This document shows positions 47,048 to 56,724 of a stretch of DNA of 64,000 nt, in pieces. The stretch comes from Clostridia bacterium (GTDB taxonomy: Bacteria > Bacillota > Clostridia > RGIG6154). The stretch is taken from the NCBI GenBank assembly GCA_017626145.1, contig JAGAJK010000077.1:15004-79003 (forward strand). The letters are read 5' to 3'. The notes beneath the pieces were generated by a model. The model saw nothing but the letters and a program-made list of their open reading frames with translations, made no database searches and had not been told where the DNA came from. The position numbers and the translations under genes are program-made. The first letter of the stretch is position 1, and each line of letters begins with the position of its first letter.

Positions 47048-48331
47048 TCAGTTAGCTTCTTCCATTTCGTCATCGGGAACATTGATATATCTGATATCTG
47101 CTCCGATATTTATAAGTTTTTCTTCAAGGTTTTCATAACCTCTGTAAATGTAACAAAGGTTTGTGATTTCGGATTTTCCTTCAGCCATTAACGCAGCCAT
47201 AACCATAGCAGCACCTGCTCTCAGGTCAAGAGCTTTTGCAGAGCATCCGTTAAATTTAGTCACGCCTTCGAGAACAGCCGTGCTTGCTTCAACATTTACT
47301 TTGGCGCCAAATCTTCTTAATTCATCAATATACTGGAATCTGTTGTCCCATACGCTTTCATTTACATAACTGGTTCCTTCTGAAACTGCAAGAAGTGTAG
47401 TAATAAGCGGTTGAAGATCAGTAGGGAAGCCGGGATATGGGAGTGTTTTTACTCTGGCACTTCTGAGTGGGAGAGTTGCGCTTACTCTTACGCTATCGTC
47501 AAATTCAGTAACAGTTGCGCCTATTTCCTTTAATTTTGCTGTAATTGATTCAAGATGCTTAGGGATAACATTCTTCACAAGAACATCACCACCGGTTCCG
47601 GCAGCCATAAGCATATAAGTGCCTGCTTCAATGTAATCGGGAATTACAGAATAAGTACCTCCACCTAATGTTTCGACACCTTTAATTTTTATTGTATCAG
47701 TGCCCGCACCTTTTATATTAGCACCCATAGAGTTTAAAAAGTTTGCAAGGTCAACTATGTGAGGTTCTTTTGCCGCATTTTCGATAATTGTAATACCCTG
47801 AGCTCTTACAGCAGCCAGCATAACATTCATAGTTGCTCCTACTGAAACCACGTCAAAGAATACGTGTCCGCCTACAAGTGAGTCGGCATGAAGCTCATAA
47901 TTACCGCCGTTCTCGACAGTTCTTGCTCCAAGGCAACTGAAGCCTTTTAAATGCTGATCAATAGGTCGCGATCCGAAATTGCATCCACCTGGCATAGAAA
48001 CAACAGCTTCTCCAAAACGTCCCAAAAGAGCACCCATAAGGTAATATGAAGCACGCATTTTGCGAACAAGATCACTGTCTGCTACAAAAGTATTTATATG
48101 TCTTGAATCTATTTCAAGAGTAGTTTTATTAAGTAATCTGACTTTAGCACCTAACTCAGAGAGTATTTTACTTATAACTGTAACATCGTCAATGCATGGG
48201 ACATTTTCGATAACGCAAATTCCTTCAACAAGAAGTGCAGCCGGAATGATAGCTACAGCAGCATTTTTTGCACCGCCTATTGTAACTTCACCTGTGAGTC
48301 TGCGTCCTCCGTTAATGATTAATTTTTCCAT
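47048..48331 (-). CDS. murA: UDP-N-acetylglucosamine 1-carboxyvinyltransferase
   Basis: MEKLIINGGRRLTGEVTIGGAKNAAVAIIPAALL is an EPT-family N-terminus. Confidence 0.92.
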   Translation of the reverse strand: MEKLIINGGRRLTGEVTIGGAKNAAVAIIPAALLVEGICVIENVPCIDDVTVISKILSELGAKVRLLNKTTLEIDSRHINTFVADSDLVRKMRASYYLMGALLGRFGEAVVSMPGGCNFGSRPIDQHLKGFSCLGARTVENGGNYELHADSLVGGHVFFDVVSVGATMNVMLAAVRAQGITIIENAAKEPHIVDLANFLNSMGANIKGAGTDTIKIKGVETLGGGTYSVIPDYIEAGTYMLMAAGTGGDVLVKNVIPKHLESITAKLKEIGATVTEFDDSVRVSATLPLRSARVKTLPYPGFPTDLQPLITTLLAVSEGTSYVNESVWDNRFQYIDELRRFGAKVNVEASTAVLEGVTKFNGCSAKALDLRAGAAMVMAALMAEGKSEITNLCYIYRGYENLEEKLINIGADIRYINVPDDEMEEAN

Positions 48332-48798
48332 TAAAAACCACCTTACTGTTTTGATTACAGCCGCAGGATTTATTTATATACGCATTAAATTCAGTATTTC
48401 CGCAGCAATTAATATCGGTTGTCTGTACTTATATTGTAACCTCAGAAATCAAATGAAAACAGAGAATATATGGTAGGTTGATGTGATAAGTACACCTAAT
48501 TGTTGTGTTTGATAACTAATTATAGCATATATTGTTTCAATTATCAAGTGATTTTGAAATTTCTTTGCGGTTTTATTTCAAAAATATTACATATTTTCAG
48601 AAAAGTCGACAAATACTTCACAAAAATTACTTAAAATATATACAAAATGCTTTAAAATTGCACAAAACTATGAGCAAAATGCACAAAAATCAAAAAAGTT
48701 ATTGACAAATTGATTACAGATGTGTTAAATTACAATCAAGGTAAAAAGAAGCCATTAAGGGATGATTGGCAAGTAAGCTGGACAAGGAGGGGATACGT

Positions 48799-49077
48799 AT
48801 GAATATTACCGATATCAGAGTTAGACGCATCAATGCCGAAGGAAGGATGAAAGCCGTTGTATCAGTAACTTTTGATGATGCTTTTGTAGTTCACGACATA
48901 AAGGTTATAGAAGGACAGGATAAGCTGTTTATTGCTATGCCTAGCAGAAAGACTCAGGATGGAGAATTTAAAGATATAGCACATCCTATTAATGTTGAGA
49001 TGAGAGAATCATTACAGCAGGCAGTTCTTGCAAAGTATGAAGAATCACTCAGCGAAGCTGATGAAACAGCAGAATAA
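48799..49077 (+). CDS. spoVG: Septation/sporulation regulator SpoVG
   Basis: [62 protein letters not shown] precedes the ATG at 48799. Confidence 0.92.
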   Translation: MNITDIRVRRINAEGRMKAVVSVTFDDAFVVHDIKVIEGQDKLFIAMPSRKTQDGEFKDIAHPINVEMRESLQQAVLAKYEESLSEADETAE

Positions 49078-49089
49078 AGTATAATACAT

Positions 49090-49128
49090 AGAGCCACGGA
49101 AATCATTTATTTCCGTGGCTTTTATTTT
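49090..49128 (+). terminator. Rho-independent terminator
   Basis: agagccacggaaatcatttatttccgtggcttttattttt. Confidence 0.85.
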
Positions 49129-49196
49129 TGTAAAAATAAGTTTCTTGACTTTATTACGGTAATAGATTATACTGTTAAAAAAAGGTCAGGTAGAAT

Positions 49197-49931
49197 ATGA
49201 AAAATTTTAAGTTAACAGTTGAATATGACGGTTCACGTTACAGCGGTTGGCAAAGGCAAGGAAACACCAATAATACTATACAGCATAAATTTGAAGAAAT
49301 ACTTTTTAAAATGCTTGGTGTAAAAACTGAGATTTTTGCTTCCGGAAGAACGGATAGCGGTGTGCATGCTAAAGGGCAGGTTTTTAATTTTAAATGCGAA
49401 ACAACATTAACGGAAATTGAAATTAAGCTTTATATTAACAAATACCTTCCTGAGGATATCAGAGTTCTGTCGGTTGAATCTGTGGATATGCGCTTTCACA
49501 GTCGTCTCAGTGTTAAAAGCAAAACTTATCAATATCGTATGTTTAACGGAAGTAAGTGTCCCGTTTTCGAAAGAAAATATGTAACATGCGTAAATGAAAC
49601 TCCTGATATAGAAATAATGAAAAAAGGAGCAGAAAAGCTTGTTGGGAAATTTGATTTTAAAGGCTTTTCTACAAAGACCTTTAAAAAAAGCACGTTCAGA
49701 GAAATATATGATATTTGTATAAACGCAGAAGGGGATTTCATTAATATCACAATCACCGGAAACGGATTTTTATATAATATGGTCAGAATAATTACCGGAA
49801 CATTATATGAACTTGGAACAGGGAAAAGAGATTTATCATCTATAGATGAAATTTTAGAAAAATGTGACCGCAGTCTTGCAGGCATAACAATGCCACCGCA
49901 GGGGTTGTGTCTTTTAAAGGTTGATTATTAA
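49197..49931 (+). CDS. truA: tRNA pseudouridine(38-40) synthase
   Basis: VEYDGSRYSGWQRQ and catalytic RTDSGVHA motifs. Confidence 0.9.
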   Translation: MKNFKLTVEYDGSRYSGWQRQGNTNNTIQHKFEEILFKMLGVKTEIFASGRTDSGVHAKGQVFNFKCETTLTEIEIKLYINKYLPEDIRVLSVESVDMRFHSRLSVKSKTYQYRMFNGSKCPVFERKYVTCVNETPDIEIMKKGAEKLVGKFDFKGFSTKTFKKSTFREIYDICINAEGDFINITITGNGFLYNMVRIITGTLYELGTGKRDLSSIDEILEKCDRSLAGITMPPQGLCLLKVDY

Positions 49932-49944
49932 AGGAGGAAACTAA

Positions 49945-50187
49945 GTGAAATATACTTACAGAACCAAAGGTGTCTGCTCTATGCAGATCGAATTCGAGCT
50001 TGAAGGCGAAATAGTAAAAAATGTTAATTTTATCGGAGGCTGCAGTGGTAATACTCAGGGAGTTGCAAGGCTTGCGGAGGGCAGAAGTAAGGATGAACTT
50101 ATTACTCTTTTGAGCGGAATAAGATGTGGTTTTAAAAATACCTCCTGCCCGGACCAGCTGGCAAAAGCTTTAAGTGAGGTTAAATAA
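49945..50187 (+). CDS. TSCPD-domain small protein (TIGR03905-like 4-Cys protein)
   Basis: 80 aa with GVCS...GGCSGNTQG...RCGFKNTSCPDQ. GTG start after an AAAGGAGG RBS. Confidence 0.65.
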   Translation: MKYTYRTKGVCSMQIEFELEGEIVKNVNFIGGCSGNTQGVARLAEGRSKDELITLLSGIRCGFKNTSCPDQLAKALSEVK

Positions 50188-51720
50188 CGAAATATCAAAA
50201 TTACCGTCTTCGCAAATAACATAGGTCTTACCGCAAAATGCGGTAAGTCTTATTTTTTTATTTCTGAATTGTTCGAGCTTTTTTATTTTGTTATGCAGTT
50301 CTTTGATATCAGGAATTTCGTCGGTAAATTCTTCAGGAAGATAAGCTTTTTTGTTATTATCTAAAAAATCAAGTGCTAACGCTTCCTTGTATTCTTCTCC
50401 TAATATTTTAAGTAACGCAGTATAAAGCCCGGTTCTTGACAAAGGTGCATTATATTCAATTTTAAAAAGTTTTTTTCCTATGTTTTCAAAAAAAGAATAC
50501 ATATCTTTTTCCTGAACAAAATTTATGCATCTTTTAAATGCACCTGAATTATATAATCTGTCAACAGCCTTCTCGGTTAATCTGATATCATTCATTTCTG
50601 ATGCCGTAAGCGTGCTTGTGGAAAGAGTTTCATAAGGTGGGAAAGCGGTTGTCTGTATATTAAATTTATTTTGCATTGATTCCATCTTGGTTCCTTTGAG
50701 AACTTTCAGAAATCCAAGCTGCAGCATATCAGGCTTTAGAGAGTATACATAATTAAAAGCTTCTTTGATAGATTCTTTAGTGTCAAAAGGAAGGCCTGCT
50801 ATAATATCCATATGAGTATGAACATTCTCCGGGATTTTCAAAACCCTTTCTTTTACTTTATCAAGGTTATAGATTCGGTTTATGGCTTTCATAGATTCCG
50901 GGTTTGTTGTTTGAATTCCTATTTCAAGCTGAATTAAATCTCCTGCTTTTTCACATAAAGATAAAAAGCGGTTACTTATCAGCATAGGTGCAATTTCAAA
51001 ATGAAAGTGAGTGTTTTTTGAATTGTTTATTATATATTCAAGAATCCTGCAACAACGTTCATCGTTATCATTGAATGTCCTGTCCACAAGCTTTACCAAT
51101 TTAACGTTATTTTCTATGAAGAAATCAATTCCTCTGAAAACATATTCATCACTGAAATATTTGGTTTTTTCCATAGCGGAGGATAGACAATAACTGCAAT
51201 TAAAAATGCATCCCCTTGAGGTTTCAAAATATAGAATTTTACTGTCGGGTAAATCTTCCTTTTTGTAAGGAAATTTCATAGTTTCGAGATTAGTTGGAAT
51301 ATACTCTGTTTTGAAATCTTTAAAAATCAGATTGGGAGCTTTAGTTAAATCACAACCATTTTCAAGTGCAATGAATGTATTTTCTCCTTCGCCAAAGCAT
51401 ATTGCATCTGCCTGAGGACAAAATCTGAAAAAATCATCACTTCCGAATGCCGCTTCGGGGCCACCCGCCAGAATAGTAATATTTTTGGTGCTTTTGAGCA
51501 TTTTAATCAGTCTTACGCAAAATTCCCTGTTCCATATATATACAGAAAAAGCAAAAATTTCGTAATCTTTTTCGGACAGTTTTGTATAAACATCGAAAAT
51601 ATTATCGTTTATACTGCACTCAAAAATATCACAGCCTGCATTTTCTCTGTAATATCTTATTGCAAGATTTGTATGTACGTATTGTGAATTAACACCTATA
51701 ACAAGAACTCTTGAACTCAT
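50170..51720 (-). CDS. B12-binding-domain radical SAM protein (DUF4080-type)
   Basis: N-terminal Rossmann/B12-binding fold (VLVIGVNSQYVH) and the radical SAM CxxxCxxC motif (SRGCIFNCSYCLSS). Confidence 0.75.
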   Translation of the reverse strand: MSSRVLVIGVNSQYVHTNLAIRYYRENAGCDIFECSINDNIFDVYTKLSEKDYEIFAFSVYIWNREFCVRLIKMLKSTKNITILAGGPEAAFGSDDFFRFCPQADAICFGEGENTFIALENGCDLTKAPNLIFKDFKTEYIPTNLETMKFPYKKEDLPDSKILYFETSRGCIFNCSYCLSSAMEKTKYFSDEYVFRGIDFFIENNVKLVKLVDRTFNDNDERCCRILEYIINNSKNTHFHFEIAPMLISNRFLSLCEKAGDLIQLEIGIQTTNPESMKAINRIYNLDKVKERVLKIPENVHTHMDIIAGLPFDTKESIKEAFNYVYSLKPDMLQLGFLKVLKGTKMESMQNKFNIQTTAFPPYETLSTSTLTASEMNDIRLTEKAVDRLYNSGAFKRCINFVQEKDMYSFFENIGKKLFKIEYNAPLSRTGLYTALLKILGEEYKEALALDFLDNNKKAYLPEEFTDEIPDIKELHNKIKKLEQFRNKKIRLTAFCGKTYVICEDGNFDISLFNLT

Positions 51721-51817
51721 AAATCTACCTCATAAATATTATTAAAATACATTTTACCATATGAAACAGCAATTGACAAATAATTTTTTTATGATATACT
51801 GTTTTCTGGTGAAAACA

Positions 51818-52252
51818 ATGAAAATTTATGTGGATGCAGATGCCTGTCCGGTTAAAAAAATAATAGTTGCAGAGGCATCAAAAAGAAATATTTCCGTGGT
51901 AATGATTTGTGATACAAGTCATATAATTAATGATGGTTATTCGGAAGTTATTACTGTCGATAAAGATTCTGACAGTGCAGATTTGGTGTTAATTAATAAA
52001 ATAACTAAAGATGATATAGCTGTTACACAGGATTATGCCCTTGCTGCACTTGTGTGTGGCAAAGGTGCAAGATGCATAAATCAGAACGGGATAATATATG
52101 ATGATACAAATCTTGACCGTATGTTATTTGAACGCTTTCTTTCCGCTAAAGTACGACGTAGTGGTGGAAAAACTAAAGGTCCGGCTAAAAGACAGGAAAG
52201 TGATGACGAAAAATTCAGAAAAAATTTCATTCTGCTTCTTGATAACGAGTAG
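51818..52252 (+). CDS. YaiI/YqgE (UPF0178) family protein
   Basis: MKIYVDADACPVK N-terminus is diagnostic of UPF0178. Confidence 0.75.
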   Translation: MKIYVDADACPVKKIIVAEASKRNISVVMICDTSHIINDGYSEVITVDKDSDSADLVLINKITKDDIAVTQDYALAALVCGKGARCINQNGIIYDDTNLDRMLFERFLSAKVRRSGGKTKGPAKRQESDDEKFRKNFILLLDNE

Positions 52253-52328
52253 TGATTTGTGTTATAATTATCTGTAAATCATAATTGTAATAATACGATT
52301 GACTATAGATGTAGCTTAGGTGATACTG

Positions 52329-53696
52329 ATGAAAAAAAGTGTAACAAAAGATTTTACAAAAGGTAATATACCAAAACAATTATTTATATTTATGTTACCT
52401 TTTATGCTATCCAACGCACTTCAGGTATTATACAATACTATTGATATGATAATTGTTGGTGAATATGTAGGTATAGCAGGATTATCTGCCGTTTCTCAAA
52501 GTGGTCAGATAGTGAATTTCGCCACTATGGTTTGTCTTGGTGTGGCAAATGCAGGACAAGTTCTTGTTTCGCAGGCTCTCGGTGCAGGTAAATATGATAA
52601 AATGAACCGAATAATAGGCACTTTATTTTCACTGCTTGTAATTCTATCCTTGATATTTACAGCGATTATACTCATTTTTAAAATTCCTGTGCTAAATGTT
52701 TTAAATGTTCCCGTTGAATCGTACGAAATGGCTATGGATTATCTTATTATTTGCGGATGCGGTCTGATTTTTACAGCCGGATATAATATGGTTTCCGCCG
52801 TGCTTCGTGGTATGGGTGATTCGATTAGTCCTTTTATTTTTATTCTTATTGCTTCGATAGTAAATTTGGTATTGGATATTATCTTTACGGGAATGCTGGG
52901 ATTTGGTGTAGCAGGAGCGGCGTGGGCTACTGTTATAGGACAAGCATTTTCTTTTCTGTTTTCGATATTTTATTTATACAGAAACAGACTGGTATTTGGA
53001 TTTGAATTTAAAAAGGAAAATTACATTATAAACAAAGCTTATGCAGGGATGATTATAAAGCTTGGTGCACCTATGGCAGTTCAGTCAGGATTTATTAATC
53101 TTTCAATGCTTTTTGTAAATTCAATTGTAAACAGCGTAGGTGTAGTAGCTTCTGCTACATTTGGCGTAGGTGTAAAAATTGACGATATTATCAATAAAAT
53201 ATCTCAGGGAATACAACACGCAGCTCAGCCTATGATAAGTCAGAATATAGGTGCAAATGAAAAAGGACGAGCTGTAAAGGTTGTACATTATGCATGGATT
53301 TATTCTATAACGCTGACGATAGTGTTTATGATTTTGTATATTTTCTTTGGTACAGAGTTATTTATGATTTTCTCAGACGATGTAAATGTACACAAAATGT
53401 CAGGCGAATTTATAAAGGCGATATTATGGATGTTTCCGGCTTTTGCATTGATGCGCGGAAGTGGTGCTTTTATTCAGGGAATAGGTCACGCACGTCTGTG
53501 TATGATATTGGCTTTGCTTGATGGGGTATTTTTAAGAATAGGTTTAAGCTGGCTCTTTGGAATAGTTTTTGATATGGGATTCTACGGTATTGTGTTAGGG
53601 TATGCTCTTGCACCATACGGCTATGCTATACCAAGTATGTTATATTTCCTTTCCGGTAAATGGAAAAAACGCAGAAGTCTTGCGGAAGATTTATAA
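52329..53696 (+). CDS. MATE-family efflux transporter
   Basis: 12-TM protein with an N-terminal NIPKQLFIFMLPFMLSNALQVLYNTIDMIIVG typical of MATE. Confidence 0.8.
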   Translation: MKKSVTKDFTKGNIPKQLFIFMLPFMLSNALQVLYNTIDMIIVGEYVGIAGLSAVSQSGQIVNFATMVCLGVANAGQVLVSQALGAGKYDKMNRIIGTLFSLLVILSLIFTAIILIFKIPVLNVLNVPVESYEMAMDYLIICGCGLIFTAGYNMVSAVLRGMGDSISPFIFILIASIVNLVLDIIFTGMLGFGVAGAAWATVIGQAFSFLFSIFYLYRNRLVFGFEFKKENYIINKAYAGMIIKLGAPMAVQSGFINLSMLFVNSIVNSVGVVASATFGVGVKIDDIINKISQGIQHAAQPMISQNIGANEKGRAVKVVHYAWIYSITLTIVFMILYIFFGTELFMIFSDDVNVHKMSGEFIKAILWMFPAFALMRGSGAFIQGIGHARLCMILALLDGVFLRIGLSWLFGIVFDMGFYGIVLGYALAPYGYAIPSMLYFLSGKWKKRRSLAEDL

Positions 53697-53735
53697 AGAA
53701 TACAAATGGATTTAAAACAAAAGGAGTGTATAAAA

Positions 53736-54863
53736 ATGACGAAGATTGATATTTTTTCAGGGTTTCTCGGAGCGGGTAAAACAACGCTCATAAAAAAATT
53801 GATACAGGAAGCCTATAAGGGCGAAAAGGTTGTCTTGATTGAAAATGAATTTGGTGAAATTGGTATAGACGGCGGATTTTTAAAGGAAGCCGGTATTGAA
53901 ATAACCGAGATGAATTCAGGCTGTATTTGCTGTAGCTTAGTTGGTGATTTTGGTGAAGCTCTTAAAAAAGTTCTTGAGGATTTTGCCCCCGACAGAATTT
54001 TAATCGAACCTTCGGGAGTTGGTAAGTTAAGTGATGTAATCAAAGCAGTAAATTCAATTGATGCTCACGATGCTGTTCTCAACGGTTTTACGACAGTCGC
54101 TGATGCAGGAAAATGCAAAATGTATATGAAAAATTTTGGTGAGTTTTATAATGACCAGATTGAGCATGCAGGCTGTATTGTTTTGAGCCATACTCAGACC
54201 GTAGGAGAAGAAAAAACAAAAAAGAGTGTTGATTTAATACGTGAGCATAATAAGGATGCAGTTATAGTTACAACACCCTGGGATTTGCTTACCGGAAAAC
54301 AGCTTTTGGAGGCTATGGAAAGAAAGTCAACCCTTGACAGTATTTTAGATAAGCTTAAGGATGAGCAGGAGGATGCCTGCCCTGTATGCGGTCATCACCA
54401 CGATCATGAGCACGAACATTGTCATGAACACGAGCATCACCACGACCATGAGCACGAACATTGTCATGAACACGAGCATCACCACGACCATGAGCACGAA
54501 CATTGTCATGAACACGAGCATCATCACCACCACGATGAAGAGTGTACTTGCGGATGTCACCATGACCATCACCATCATCACGCAGATGAAGTGTTTGTAA
54601 GCTGGGGTGTAGAAACTACAAGGAAATTTACTGAGGAAGATATAAAGAACATATTAAACGAGCTTCAGAATGAGGAAGAATATGGTATGGTTCTCAGAGC
54701 TAAAGGTATCGTTGATTCCGGTAATGATCAGTGGGTTCATTTTGATTACGTTCCCGGTGAAATAGATGTTCGCACAGGTGGAGCAGATATTATCGGAAGA
54801 ATTTGTGTCATAGGCTCAAAAATTAACGAAGAAAAAATCAGTGCTTTGTTCCATATAGAATAG
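53736..54863 (+). CDS. CobW/ZigA-like G3E-family GTPase (putative zinc metallochaperone) with an internal His-rich low-complexity insert
   Basis: Walker A GFLGAGKTTLI, CxCC motif GCICCSL, and a His-rich stretch CPVCGHHHDHEHEHCHEHEHHHDHEHEHCHEHEHHHDHEHEHCHEHEHHHHHDEECTCGCHHDHHHHH encoded by three perfect 42-bp tandem repeats (about 54402-54527). Confidence 0.82.
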   Translation: MTKIDIFSGFLGAGKTTLIKKLIQEAYKGEKVVLIENEFGEIGIDGGFLKEAGIEITEMNSGCICCSLVGDFGEALKKVLEDFAPDRILIEPSGVGKLSDVIKAVNSIDAHDAVLNGFTTVADAGKCKMYMKNFGEFYNDQIEHAGCIVLSHTQTVGEEKTKKSVDLIREHNKDAVIVTTPWDLLTGKQLLEAMERKSTLDSILDKLKDEQEDACPVCGHHHDHEHEHCHEHEHHHDHEHEHCHEHEHHHDHEHEHCHEHEHHHHHDEECTCGCHHDHHHHHADEVFVSWGVETTRKFTEEDIKNILNELQNEEEYGMVLRAKGIVDSGNDQWVHFDYVPGEIDVRTGGADIIGRICVIGSKINEEKISALFHIE

Positions 54864-54873
54864 GAGGGGCAGT

Positions 54874-55815
54874 ATGGAAATACCCGTATATTTGTTCACA
54901 GGCTTTCTGGAGTCAGGAAAAACGAAGTTTATTCAGGAAACACTTGAAGATAAAAAGTTCAACAATGCAGAAAAAACACTCCTTCTTTTATGTGAGGAGG
55001 GAGAGGAAGAGTACGAGCCTTCACGTTTTAATTGCAAAAATGTTGTAATCAGAAATATCGACGAAAAAGAAGATATTTCATTGGTAGCATTAAAAAGACT
55101 TGAAAAAGAAACAGGTTGTGACAGAGTTTTAATTGAATACAACGGAATGTGGGATTTACCTCATCTTTATACTCAGATGCCGGATAACTGGACTGTATAT
55201 CAGGAGGTTATGTTCGCGGATGCAACAACAATTTTGCAGTATAATGCAAATATGAGAAGCTTGGTTGTAGATAAACTGAATAACTGTGAGCTTGTTGTAT
55301 TTAACCGTGCAGATGACGATAATGTAAAGCCTGAGCTTCATAAGCTTGTACGAGGAATCAGCAGACGTGCTGAAATTCTTTATGAAAGTACAAAAGGTGT
55401 AGTGGAAATCGATGAAATTGAAGATCCTCTTCCTTTTGATATTAATGCAGATGTAATAGAAATAGAAGATAAAGATTATGCTTTGTGGTACCGTGATCTG
55501 GTAGAAGATTTCAAAAAGTACGACGGCAAAACGGTTAAATTTAAGGGAATTGTAGCAAAAGACGATAAAATGCCTGAGAATACTGCAATTTCCGGAAGAC
55601 ATATTATGACCTGCTGTGTGGATGATATAGAATACCGTGGTCTTGTGTGTATCGGAGATGAAGTTGAGAAGCTTAAATTGCGTGACTGGATAACCGTAGT
55701 TGCTAAAATTAAAGTTGAAAAGCATAAAATTTACCGTGGAAAAGGCCCTGTTCTGTATGTAAAGGAGATTGAATATTCAGAAAAGCCCGAACAGGAAGTA
55801 GCAACATTTTATTAA
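54874..55815 (+). CDS. Second CobW-domain protein (paralogue lacking the CxCC motif and His-rich tract)
   Basis: Walker A TGFLESGKTKFI and a CobW C-terminal-like domain. An RBS (AGGAGGGG) lies immediately after the stop of the first cobW. Confidence 0.65.
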   Translation: MEIPVYLFTGFLESGKTKFIQETLEDKKFNNAEKTLLLLCEEGEEEYEPSRFNCKNVVIRNIDEKEDISLVALKRLEKETGCDRVLIEYNGMWDLPHLYTQMPDNWTVYQEVMFADATTILQYNANMRSLVVDKLNNCELVVFNRADDDNVKPELHKLVRGISRRAEILYESTKGVVEIDEIEDPLPFDINADVIEIEDKDYALWYRDLVEDFKKYDGKTVKFKGIVAKDDKMPENTAISGRHIMTCCVDDIEYRGLVCIGDEVEKLKLRDWITVVAKIKVEKHKIYRGKGPVLYVKEIEYSEKPEQEVATFY

Positions 55816-55823
55816 TTAAATAA

Positions 55824-55866
55824 AAGTGAGTTCGTAACCATCCTCACTTAAAACAAAACTAAGGAG
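55824..55866 (+). promoter_or_regulatory. preQ1-I riboswitch
   Basis: GTGAG-TTCGTAACCATC-CTCAC hairpin followed by the A-rich tail TTAAAACAAAACTAAGGAG overlapping the RBS. Compare the B. subtilis queC element AGAGGUUCUAGCUACACCCUCUAUAAAAAACUAAGG. The downstream gene is queT. Confidence 0.7.
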
Positions 55867-55874
55867 AATAAAAA

Positions 55875-56351
55875 ATGAATAAAAGAATAAGTTATTTAAC
55901 CAAAGCGGCAGTAATTGCGGCAATTTACGTTGTACTCACATTTGTGTCCGCAATATTCGGGCTATCAAATGGAGTAATTCAGGTGCGAATATCGGAAGCA
56001 CTTACCGTACTTCCTTACTTTCTGCCTGAAGCAACTGCAGGTTTGTTTATAGGCTGTATAATAGCAAACACTTTAACAGGTTGTGCTTTATGGGATGTGA
56101 TATTCGGAAGTATAGCAACTCTTATTGGTGCCTGGTGTACATCAAAGCTGAAAAACAGATGGCTTTTACCTTTACCGCCTGTTATTTCAAATGCCATTAT
56201 AGTTCCTTTTGTGCTTCAGTATGTGTACGGAGCTACAGAAAGCTGGTTGTTTATAACAGCTACAGTTGCGGCAGGAGAAATAATATCCTGCGGTATTTTG
56301 GGACAAATACTATATTCGCTTATTGATAAAAATAAAATATTTAAAAGATAA
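55875..56351 (+). CDS. queT: Queuosine precursor transporter QueT
   Basis: QueT-family membrane protein (LTKAAVIAAIYVVLTF...QVRISEALTVLP). Confidence 0.8.
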   Translation: MNKRISYLTKAAVIAAIYVVLTFVSAIFGLSNGVIQVRISEALTVLPYFLPEATAGLFIGCIIANTLTGCALWDVIFGSIATLIGAWCTSKLKNRWLLPLPPVISNAIIVPFVLQYVYGATESWLFITATVAAGEIISCGILGQILYSLIDKNKIFKR

Positions 56352-56408
56352 CTGTTGACAAAGCTTATATTTTGTGGTAGAATAACAAATACTATGGAGG
56401 TGTTACAA

Positions 56409-56642
56409 ATGCAGATTGCCTTATCAATTGTACAGATTATTGTTTCAATTGCTCTTATTATTACAGTACTTATGCAGTCAGGTAAGTCACAGGGAGTTCC
56501 CGGAAGCATCGCAGGTGGAGCAGAAACATTTTTCGGTAAAAACAAGGGAAGAACAATCGATGGTATTTTAAGCAAGGTTACTTCAGTTTTAGCAATATTG
56601 TTTATTATATTATCTGTTGTACTTTATATATTCGCAGCATAA
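56409..56642 (+). CDS. secG: Preprotein translocase subunit SecG
   Basis: MQIALSIVQIIVSIALIITVLMQSGKSQG. A GGAGG RBS precedes the ATG at 56409. Confidence 0.88.
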   Translation: MQIALSIVQIIVSIALIITVLMQSGKSQGVPGSIAGGAETFFGKNKGRTIDGILSKVTSVLAILFIILSVVLYIFAA

Positions 56643-56724
56643 TTATTTTAAAAATTAAGGCAGGTTTGTTTGTTTCATTGAAATGGACAGCCTGTTTTTT
56701 ATATTTGATATTAACGGAGGAATA

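Noticed and set aside
52280-52305. Possible Zur box (AAATCATAATTGTAATAATACGATTG) upstream of the MATE-cobW operon
   Set aside because: The half-sites resemble the Firmicutes Zur consensus, but the spacing is about 7 nt too long and several positions mismatch. It cannot be supported without a PWM scan.
54390-54530. Tandem direct repeats that could be mistaken for a CRISPR-like array
   Set aside because: The repeats are contiguous 42-bp units with no spacers, lie in frame within a CDS and encode a His-rich metal-binding tract.
54345-54600. Overlapping 78-aa and 79-aa ORFs on both strands with repetitive translations (MMMVMVMV..., STNIVMNTSITTTM...)
   Set aside because: They are frame artefacts of the three 42-bp tandem repeats that encode the His-rich tract of cobW.
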